Shown one piece after another: positions 9,858-17,442 of a DNA stretch of 45,039 nt. How positions within the stretch are numbered: position 1 is the first letter of the stretch; every line of letters starts with the position of its first letter. Origin of the DNA: an uncultured Pseudomonadota bacterium (GTDB taxonomy: Bacteria > Myxococcota_A > Bradymonadia > Bradymonadales > GCA-2716585); contig CALBXO010000369.1 in NCBI GenBank assembly GCA_937890335.1, positions 1 to 45,039 of the forward strand, given 5' to 3'. The notes beneath the pieces are model-generated. The model worked only from the letters and a program-made list of their open reading frames with translations, was not told where the DNA came from and did no database searches. Made by a program: the position numbers and the translations under genes.

Positions 9858-9971
9858 CACCAACGGGGTTGACGCGGGTCCAGATGATTCTGATGCTAGG
9901 CATGATGCAACGCTGTCCGTCGGGGCGACAGCAGTCGGCGAGCGCGGGGGAGACGCTCAGGCGTCCATGAC

Positions 9972-11669
9972 ATGACCCACTCGTACACACCGGGGGGACA
10001 CCTCACCCCGGGTACCGTGCTCGAGGGCAGGTACGAGATCACCGGCTTCATTGGCGCCGGCGGCTTCGCGCTCGTGTATCGCGCCCGCGAGATGGCGATC
10101 CAGCGCGACGTGGCGATCAAGATCCTCAGCGCCCCACGCGACGGCGAAGACCTGCTGGCCTTCCGCGAGCGTTTCAGCCGCGAAGCCCAGACCGCCGCCC
10201 GCATCCACCATCCCAACGTGGTCACCGTGCACGGCTTTGGGATGCTGGAGAACCAGCCCTACATCGTGATGGAGCTGCTCGAGGGGCACGACCTCAACGA
10301 CCTGCTCAAGGAGCAAGGCCCCCTGCATCCCACGCGGGCAGTGCCCCTGTTCATCAACGTACTGGACGCGCTCGGTGAGGCGCACCGTCAGGGAATCATT
10401 CACAAGGATCTGAAGCCGGCGAACCTCTTCCTCCACCACGCGGGTACGCGACGTGAGATGATGAAGGTCGTGGACTTTGGGATCGCGCGCATCGGACACA
10501 AGGGCGGCCACCTGACCACCACCGGTCAGCTCATGGGCACGCCGCGCTACTACGCCCCCGAGTACATCAAAAACCAGGTCGTGACCCCGTCGCTGGACGT
10601 GTACCAGATGGGCCTGATTCTCGTGGAGACGTTCACCGGCAAGCCCGTCGTCAACGTGGACGACCCCTACGTCTGCCTCATGCGCCACAGCAACGGCGAG
10701 CTCGGCATCCCAACCCCGCTGCTGGACAGTCCACTCGGACCGGTCCTGGTCAAAGCCCTTGAGCTGGATCACCAGGCGCGCTTCCTGGACTGCCATGCCT
10801 TCCGTGAGGCACTGGAGACGGTCGATCCCTCGACGATCCCGACGCTGACCGACGGGGCGCCGGTCCGACTGATCTCCGAGATCAGCGGGTCCATGGACAG
10901 TTTTGCGTTCCATCCGTCCACGTCCACCGGATCCATGGCGAGCCCGACGAGCGAGTCTGGCAAGCTGCGACACCCCGACGCCGTCGTGATCGACTCCGAA
11001 GGGTTCGCCAGGTCGGCCGGTCCGCGCGCCGCCCCCGAGTCCACGGCGGACTCCGGAAGGACGGTCGGGCGGTCCGACAAGCTGCGCAAGATGAGCTCGG
11101 GCCCCAGTCCGGCTCCGGCCCAGCCAGCCAAAGTGCGCAAGAGCAAACTGCCGCTCATCCTTGGCGGCGGCGCCGTAGCCGTGATTCTCCTGTTGCTGTT
11201 GAGCCTGGGAGGGACCGGCGCGTTCCTGATGATGGACGACGACAAACCCGTCACCGCCAGCGAAGCCACGCCGGAAGTCCCCGCCGCACCGGAGGGTTTC
11301 TCCATGGAGGAGGCGCCCGAGCCAGTGGAGATCCGGCTCGACAGCGAACCGGCGGGTGCGCGTGTGTGCCTTGGGGATGAGGTCATCGGACGAACGCCGT
11401 ACCGCCACCGCTTCCCCCATCTCGAGGCCGCTGCCATCGATGTTCGGCTTGAGCTGTCCGGGTACACGGACGCCAGTTTGTCCTTTGGGCCCACAGGAGC
11501 CGAGATCAGGACCGTGCGGCTGACGAAGGTTCCCGAGGCGCCAGCGCCCAAGACGGTCGAGCCGGCCAGGCCGACCCCCAAGCGACCCCGAGAGACACCG
11601 GCGAAACCCAAGCCCAAGCCCAAGCCGGAGTCCGGCGGTAGCAAGATGAAGCTGCCCCCCATCAAGTGA
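9972..11669 (+). CDS. Hanks-type Ser/Thr protein kinase with TM helix and PEGA domain
   Basis: GAGGFA, VAIK, HKDLKPAN, DFG and GTPRYYAPE all intact; TM LPLILGGGAVAVILLLLL; PEGA-like DSEPAGARV...GRTP...LSGY. Confidence 0.95.
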   Translation: MTHSYTPGGHLTPGTVLEGRYEITGFIGAGGFALVYRAREMAIQRDVAIKILSAPRDGEDLLAFRERFSREAQTAARIHHPNVVTVHGFGMLENQPYIVMELLEGHDLNDLLKEQGPLHPTRAVPLFINVLDALGEAHRQGIIHKDLKPANLFLHHAGTRREMMKVVDFGIARIGHKGGHLTTTGQLMGTPRYYAPEYIKNQVVTPSLDVYQMGLILVETFTGKPVVNVDDPYVCLMRHSNGELGIPTPLLDSPLGPVLVKALELDHQARFLDCHAFREALETVDPSTIPTLTDGAPVRLISEISGSMDSFAFHPSTSTGSMASPTSESGKLRHPDAVVIDSEGFARSAGPRAAPESTADSGRTVGRSDKLRKMSSGPSPAPAQPAKVRKSKLPLILGGGAVAVILLLLLSLGGTGAFLMMDDDKPVTASEATPEVPAAPEGFSMEEAPEPVEIRLDSEPAGARVCLGDEVIGRTPYRHRFPHLEAAAIDVRLELSGYTDASLSFGPTGAEIRTVRLTKVPEAPAPKTVEPARPTPKRPRETPAKPKPKPKPESGGSKMKLPPIK

Positions 11670-12652
11670 TGCGCCCCTCATACAGCCTCGGCTTCGCCCT
11701 CTGCGCGGCCCTCTTGCTCCTGGCGACACCGGCCGCGGCGGACGATCTCGTCGAGCCCTCGGCCGCGCAGCTGCAACTCAATGACCAAGCGTACGAGGCG
11801 TTCGTCGCCGAAGACTGGGACCGCGCGATCCGCCTCTACCAGGCGCTGTTGGATCTAGGCCCACTCAATACAGCCTACGCGAGCCTCGGCTACGCGCTGT
11901 TCAAGGCCGGACGCTGCGAAGAGGCGCGGGCAGCGTACGAGCTCGCCGAGACCGCCCCACAGGTGGTCAACCCGCCCCCGGAGGCCGTGGCACAGGCGCT
12001 GGAGGCCTACCAGGAGAAACTCGCAGACACCTGCCCCGGGTTCCTCGTCCTGGAGTGTCGTCCGCGGCAACTCCAGATCTCCGTGGACGGCAGCGCGCTT
12101 GAGCCGTGCCCCGACACACCCATTCCTGTGACGCGCGGGGACCACGTGGTCATCGCCGCCGTCGGAGAGGAGTCCATCGAGCGGTCCGTGTTCGTCGACG
12201 CCATGGAATCGGTCCCGCTGCAGCTGGTGATCGAAGGCATCGACGACGTCGATCCCGACCCCAAGAAGCAGCCGACAGGGCCCAAAAGCGCGACGCCCGC
12301 GCCTCGTCAGACCGGTTGGACGGGGACGCTCGGGTGGATCACCGCTGGCGCCGGCGGCGCGGTGCTGCTGACCGCCCTCACTGTGGACCTCTTCGTGCTC
12401 GACTCCACCTTGCAGGACCTCCGGACCGCCAGCGCCAACAACGACACGAGCCAGTACGACAGCCTCAAGCCCAGCGCCGAGTCCCAGCAGACGCTGGTCA
12501 AGGGCCTCGTCGTCAGCGGCGGAATCCTTGTCGCCACCGGCCTGACGCTCTACCTCGTGGATCTTCTGGGCACCGACGAGTCGCCCCCCGCCGCGGGTTC
12601 CGTCCTCATCGCTCCCACCCACAACGGGGCCGCGCTGGAGATCCGCTGGTAG
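11669..12652 (+). CDS. Exported TPR + PEGA-like protein with C-terminal hydrophobic helices
   Basis: Signal peptide ending PAAA; TPR-like helices (WDRAIRLYQA...LGYALFKAGRCEEARAAYE); beta segment; two C-terminal hydrophobic helices; TGATG coupling to the kinase. Confidence 0.8.
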   Translation: MRPSYSLGFALCAALLLLATPAAADDLVEPSAAQLQLNDQAYEAFVAEDWDRAIRLYQALLDLGPLNTAYASLGYALFKAGRCEEARAAYELAETAPQVVNPPPEAVAQALEAYQEKLADTCPGFLVLECRPRQLQISVDGSALEPCPDTPIPVTRGDHVVIAAVGEESIERSVFVDAMESVPLQLVIEGIDDVDPDPKKQPTGPKSATPAPRQTGWTGTLGWITAGAGGAVLLTALTVDLFVLDSTLQDLRTASANNDTSQYDSLKPSAESQQTLVKGLVVSGGILVATGLTLYLVDLLGTDESPPAAGSVLIAPTHNGAALEIRW

Positions 12653-12684
12653 CGGCTCGTTTGGAGTTGCCCACCGAGAGCCAG

Positions 12685-13473
12685 TCAGTCCACGAGCCCC
12701 AGGTTCACCTCGACGCGGCGGGCGTAGGTCTGCCCATCGGCCGCCGCCAACTCAGCCGTGACAAGCCCCGCGAGGTCTTCCGGGACGCCCTCGAACTTCT
12801 TGCCATTGATGAACAGCGTAGGCGTCCCACGGACCCCGAGCTGCTCGCCGAGCTCAATGTCGGCGTCGACCTCCAACCACCTGTCAGAGCGGGCCACATC
12901 AAACACCTCGACGTTGAGCTCGACCTGGCCCGCGATCGCGAGCAGCGCGTCGTCGTCGAGGGACTCGGCGTCAAGAAGCTTACGGTGGTACGCCCAGAAA
13001 GCCCCCTGCCTGCCCGCGGCGATCGCCGCAGTCGCCGCGGCCAGCCCCCGCTCGTCTCCCTGCAACAAGAAATGGCGATGAACGATGCGGAGATCGTCGG
13101 GTAGCTCGGCCATCAGGCTGGCCAACGCGACATACGCCTCGCGCGTGTAGGGGTCCTGGTAGTCGCCAAACACGACGATCGTCACCGCAGCGTCGCTCGG
13201 GCCCGTTGTCGGCGCGTCCGCCACGGGGATGATCGGCGAGTCGTCGCGGTCGTCCGAGAGCATGATCACTGTGAGCCCACCGAGCGCGTCGTCGAGCTCA
13301 AAGAACGACAACACGCCGCTGCACAGACCGAGGATGGCCACCGCCCCCACGAGGAGTGCACCGACGGTCACTGCGGTCCGGACGATGGTCTTGCGTGCCA
13401 CGCCTGAACCATCGGCGTTTGCACGCCAACTCTGCAAGGTACCGTGCGTTGGATCCGGTTCAGTATGGCCCAC
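12685..13473 (-). CDS. Membrane-anchored DsbA/thioredoxin-fold protein lacking CxxC
   Basis: GPSDAAVTIVVFGDYQDPYT...IVHRHF...GVRGTPTLFING; N-terminal TM helix; start codon uncertain. Confidence 0.85.
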   Translation of the reverse strand: MGHTEPDPTHGTLQSWRANADGSGVARKTIVRTAVTVGALLVGAVAILGLCSGVLSFFELDDALGGLTVIMLSDDRDDSPIIPVADAPTTGPSDAAVTIVVFGDYQDPYTREAYVALASLMAELPDDLRIVHRHFLLQGDERGLAAATAAIAAGRQGAFWAYHRKLLDAESLDDDALLAIAGQVELNVEVFDVARSDRWLEVDADIELGEQLGVRGTPTLFINGKKFEGVPEDLAGLVTAELAAADGQTYARRVEVNLGLVD

Positions 13474-13534
13474 ATCTTGCGAAGAGATGTCGGCGAGTGG
13501 GTATCAACGTGACAGAACCGCACATAGGCGCGAC

Positions 13535-14953
13535 ATGAACCGAACGCGTGTCCTCTTGGCTGCCCTGCTCGTCGCCGGATTGGCGAGCTGCGGCGGAGAT
13601 GAGTCTACCGGTGGTGCCACCGACAACCGCGATGGGGACGTGATCATTCCCGGACCCGACGGCGACGGCAACAACGGCCACGTCGGGAACAACGGGCAGG
13701 ACCCCGATCCGGGCAGCGGCATCGGGGACGCGCAGGGGCCCTACCAGCCGGGCGACCCGGAGCCAGACCCGGACCCCGATCCGGACCCAGACCCGGACCC
13801 CGACCCGGACCCGGACCCGGACCCGGACCCGGACCCGGACCCCGACAGTTGCGGTGACGAGCGGGTCTCGCAGAAGGTCTACTACGGCACCCGCGAGCCC
13901 ACGTACCTGCCGCTGCGCGAGGGACAGATCCTGGCGATCGGCAACTTCTACGGCTGCACTGGCACGCTGATCGCCCCGAATTGGGTCATCAGCGCCTCGC
14001 ACTGCGGCCACCGGCGCGGCTCCCGCATTTGTTTCGGTACCGACCCCGCCAACGCCAACATCTGCTTCGACGCCCAGAACGTCTACGAGCCCAGCGGCGA
14101 CATGTCCCTGCTCGACCTGGGGCGCGACATCACCGCAGAGGTCCCCGGCATCGAGCCGATCCCGCTGTTCACGGACCAGCTGACCAACGACTGGATCGGG
14201 AGAACGGCCGAGGCCGCCGGGTACGGACAGCAGGAGAACGGCAGCAGCGGCGAGCGCGAGTTCACAGCCGAGCCCATCTCGGCGATCCGCGGGGACCTCG
14301 TGACCATCGACGGCGAGGGCCGCCACGGCGTGTGCTTTGGCGACTCTGGCGGACCGATGATGGTCATCGCGGAAGATGGGACCGTCCGCATCGCCGGCGT
14401 TCTCTCCCACGGCGACAGCTCCTGCGTGGGCCAGGACAACTACACGCGCATCGACAGCTACCGCGACTGGATCGAGGGCTACACGGGCCCCACGGTGATC
14501 GACGGCGCCCAATGCGGCCAGGTCGGCGAGCAGGGCCGCTGTGTGGACGGCCGCGCCATGTGGTGCGCCAACGACGAACTCACGACGGAGAACTGCGCCA
14601 CGCGCTGCGGCTGGGACGCCGACACTGAGGGCTTCCGATGCATCGACACCCCGGACCCCTGCCAGGGGATCGACCACTACGGAAGCTGCAACGGCCAGGT
14701 GGCTCAATGGTGCGAGAACGGTGTGGTCAAGCGCCGCGACTGCGCCGCCTGCGGCGAGCAATGTGGCCTCAACAACGACGTGGGCGGCTACTACTGCAAC
14801 GAGGACCCCTGCGAAGGCGTGGACTATTTTGGCCAGTGCGACGGCAACGTCGTCCGGTACTGCAAAGACAACGAGCTTCGGTCCCGCGACTGCGCCGGCG
14901 AGGGCCTGCGTTGCACCTGGGTCAGCGACGACCTGGGCAACTGGTGCCAGTAG
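13535..14953 (+). CDS. S1 (trypsin/chymotrypsin-like) serine protease lipoprotein with DP linker and Cys-rich C-terminal repeats
   Basis: Lipobox LASC; CTGTLIAPNWVISASHC (His), DMSLL (Asp), CFGDSGGP (Ser); ATG at 13535. Confidence 0.92.
   Translation: MNRTRVLLAALLVAGLASCGGDESTGGATDNRDGDVIIPGPDGDGNNGHVGNNGQDPDPGSGIGDAQGPYQPGDPEPDPDPDPDPDPDPDPDPDPDPDPDPDPDSCGDERVSQKVYYGTREPTYLPLREGQILAIGNFYGCTGTLIAPNWVISASHCGHRRGSRICFGTDPANANICFDAQNVYEPSGDMSLLDLGRDITAEVPGIEPIPLFTDQLTNDWIGRTAEAAGYGQQENGSSGEREFTAEPISAIRGDLVTIDGEGRHGVCFGDSGGPMMVIAEDGTVRIAGVLSHGDSSCVGQDNYTRIDSYRDWIEGYTGPTVIDGAQCGQVGEQGRCVDGRAMWCANDELTTENCATRCGWDADTEGFRCIDTPDPCQGIDHYGSCNGQVAQWCENGVVKRRDCAACGEQCGLNNDVGGYYCNEDPCEGVDYFGQCDGNVVRYCKDNELRSRDCAGEGLRCTWVSDDLGNWCQ
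13754..13843 (+). repeat. Coding hexamer repeat, 15 units of GA(C/T/G)CCN (Asp/Glu-Pro)
   Basis: GACCCG-type units read directly from the sequence, encoding DPEPDPDP... Confidence 0.95.
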
Positions 14954-14999
14954 ACGGGGTCGCCCTCGGCCCGAGTGTCTCGCGTCTGCATCTCTTGTG

Positions 15000-15160
15000 A
15001 CCGGGGTGGCCGGTTGGGTTGATCGGATGATCGGCGAGACAAATTGTTCGAGGCCGAGGAGGATGGGCGCCGACGGGGTCCCGCCCCGTCAAGCTCGGCC
15101 GACGCTGGTATCGGGCAATTTGGCCGTCGAGGGCCGGTCAACACAAGCGGGCACCCCGGT
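15000..15160 (+). other. 161-nt imperfect nested inverted repeat (candidate structured RNA or palindromic repeat element) between convergent genes
   Basis: Pairings 15000-15026/15134-15160, 15040-15051/15111-15122, 15052-15058/15094-15100 and 15072-15078/15084-15090. Confidence 0.6.
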
Positions 15161-15218
15161 GAAACACGTGCGGCACCCGCGCCACATGTGACGTCTGCGC
15201 GCGCCCGATCACCCCGGA

Positions 15219-16325
15219 TCAACCGCGGACCGCAACCAACCAGACGAGCACCGTCGCCAGCACGAGCAGCCCGCCCACCACCCAGACCGGTATGCCGCCC
15301 CGGCGAATCCATCGCGCCGCCGTATCCAGCGCAAACCCCGCGAGCCCGCGCCCCGCAAACGCGCGCAGAACGGCATGCATGTCCCAGAACCCGATGCCGG
15401 GAGGGCTCACGACCAGGTATTGGGCCGTCCAGCGGTCCGGCCTGAACCGCGCCTTGAAGTTCCGTATCCCCGAGAAATCGTAGAGCGGCCGCAGGTGCTC
15501 CCACGAGAAGCGGAAGCAGCGCCGCAGCCACAAGTGTGGGCCAGGCGCGGTGTCCACGCCCGACAGAGGCGCGAGCCCCAGCGTGACAAACTCGTCGCCA
15601 GCGGCATGCGCGTCGGCAAGCGCGCGCTCGATCAACATCTCGGCGGTGCCATTTGGCGCGTCCGGCACGCGCAATACGTCCTCCAGAAACCATCCGCGAC
15701 GCCTGTACACCGGGACCGCCGCCAGGAACCCGACCGCACGCCCGGCGTGGCGAGCCAGGTAGTACCGCCGCTCGTCGGCGTGCGCAAACGGCTGCAGATC
15801 CACCATGAACCGCATCACCGACATGCGGCGCGCGTCCAGCCAGCGGCGCAGGACAGCGTCGATTTCCCCGCGAACAGGGCCCTGGAGGTCCGCCGGGGTC
15901 ACCCTGCCCACCTCCACACCCTTGTTGCGTGCTCGGTTGACCTGCGCGCGCAGGGAGCGGCGCACGGACCCGGCCAGCGTGTAGCCAGCGGGGACCCACT
16001 CCGGCTGTTCGCCGATCTGGACCCAGCTCGCCGGAGCGCCGGCGCGAGCCAGAACCTGGGCGAAGTCCGGGTCGGTGCAGAAGAACAAAGCGCGGTGCCG
16101 CGCCGCGCCACAATCCTCCAGAAACGCGCGCGCGACTGCGCCCTTCTGGTCTGGTGCGCACACGGGCGGCCCGGCGACCACCCGGCGCCGCCCTACCTGC
16201 AGGTAGGCGACGACCGCGTCGTCACCAAACCAGTAGCGCAGCCCGTCCTCGAGGATCTGGAAGGAGGTCGAGTGGTGTCCATGGCGGCGCAGAACAGCGA
16301 GGGCTCGGTCGCTGTCAGCGGACAC
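15219..16325 (-). CDS. Stand-alone aminoacyl-phosphatidylglycerol synthase C-terminal-type domain (DUF2156 / MprF transferase domain) with C-terminal TM helix
   Basis: VVAGPPVC, QIGEQP, LRAQVNRARNKGV, RVPDAPNGTAEMLI, TLGLAPL and LYDFSGIRNFKARFRPDRW motifs; GTG start at 16325 inferred. Confidence 0.85.
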   Translation of the reverse strand: MSADSDRALAVLRRHGHHSTSFQILEDGLRYWFGDDAVVAYLQVGRRRVVAGPPVCAPDQKGAVARAFLEDCGAARHRALFFCTDPDFAQVLARAGAPASWVQIGEQPEWVPAGYTLAGSVRRSLRAQVNRARNKGVEVGRVTPADLQGPVRGEIDAVLRRWLDARRMSVMRFMVDLQPFAHADERRYYLARHAGRAVGFLAAVPVYRRRGWFLEDVLRVPDAPNGTAEMLIERALADAHAAGDEFVTLGLAPLSGVDTAPGPHLWLRRCFRFSWEHLRPLYDFSGIRNFKARFRPDRWTAQYLVVSPPGIGFWDMHAVLRAFAGRGLAGFALDTAARWIRRGGIPVWVVGGLLVLATVLVWLVAVRG

Positions 16326-17442
16326 CGAGCGCCTCAGCAAAGCGGGCTATGTCCGCGTCTGTGGTGTGGAGATGCGGGGCGACACGCACGGCATCTCCAC
16401 GGACGCTGACGTAGATCTGCGCGGCACGCAGCCGCTCCGGGAGGCCCGGAGGCAGCCCGTCCGTGAACCGAAGACCCAGGATGTTGGGGCTGCGCAGATG
16501 GGCCGGGGCGGCGACCGCTCCGTGGGTCCGTACGGCGTCCTCGATCTGCGCGGTCCGCGCGCTGAGGTAGGCCGCGACTTCGGCCACGGACCAGGCCAGC
16601 AGCTGCTCAAGCGCGGCGATCGCCATCGGCAAGAGCACCGGGTTGCTGCGCTGGCCAAAATCAAAGCGGCGGGCGCCCGGGGCGAAGTCGTCTCGGTAGT
16701 CGACCAGCTCCGCGAACACCTCGCTGCGCTCGCGGGTGATCCAATTGTACTCGAGCGGAACGCCGCCGTGGTGCTCGGGCGCCGCGTAGACGTAGGCCAG
16801 GCCGTACGGCCCCATCAGCCATTTGTACGCGGCAGCGACCAGGAAATCCGGCCGGATCGCCGCCAGATCCAGCGGGTTTGCGCCGAGAGACTGGGTCGCA
16901 TCGATTACGAGCCGCGCCCCTACCTGCCGGCAGCGCGACCCGACAGCAACGAGGTCCACCAGGCTGCCGTCGGTCCAGTGGCAATGCGAGATCGCCACCG
17001 CCCCCACGCCAGCGTCGATGGCGTCGAGCACCGCCGGCGTCCAGTCCCCATCGGCGGGCCGCGCTACGGTCCGGACCCGAGCCCCACATTGGCTCGCGCG
17101 CGCGCGCCATGGGTAGACATTGCTCGGAAACTGCTCGGCCAGCAGCACGACATCGCGCCCCGGGCCGAGGGGTGTATTGGCCGCTGCCACCCCAATCCCG
17201 TAGCTGACCGATGGCGCAAACGAGACACAGTCGGGCGGCGCTCCCACAAGCTGCCCAAACAGCGTCCGCAAGCGCTCGCCGTCTTCAAAGAAGTCGGAGG
17301 GACCGATAGCCCACGGTGCGGCCCGTCGTTCCAAACCGGACGCGCCCGCCTCGCGCACCGCCCGGAGAGGGGGGGCCAGAAAGGAAGCGTTGAGGTAGAC
17401 GACGTCGTCGGGCACCTCAAAGAGGTGGCGGTGGGCACTCAC
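16315..17442 (-). CDS. Class-V PLP-dependent aminotransferase-fold enzyme
   Basis: VYLNAS, EQFPSN, VIDATQSLG and AAAYKWLMGPYG (PLP lysine); GTGA overlap at 17439-17442; no C-terminal desulfurase Cys. Confidence 0.9.
   Translation of the reverse strand: MSAHRHLFEVPDDVVYLNASFLAPPLRAVREAGASGLERRAAPWAIGPSDFFEDGERLRTLFGQLVGAPPDCVSFAPSVSYGIGVAAANTPLGPGRDVVLLAEQFPSNVYPWRARASQCGARVRTVARPADGDWTPAVLDAIDAGVGAVAISHCHWTDGSLVDLVAVGSRCRQVGARLVIDATQSLGANPLDLAAIRPDFLVAAAYKWLMGPYGLAYVYAAPEHHGGVPLEYNWITRERSEVFAELVDYRDDFAPGARRFDFGQRSNPVLLPMAIAALEQLLAWSVAEVAAYLSARTAQIEDAVRTHGAVAAPAHLRSPNILGLRFTDGLPPGLPERLRAAQIYVSVRGDAVRVAPHLHTTDADIARFAEALGVR

Noticed and set aside
5502-13843. CRISPR array suggested by the two tandem repeats
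   Set aside because: Both are spacer-less, in-frame coding repeats, and there are no cas genes.
15000-15160. Naming the long hairpin as 6S or SRP RNA
   Set aside because: No SRP GNRA domain-IV motif, no clear symmetric 6S central bubble and no typical gene context; left unassigned.
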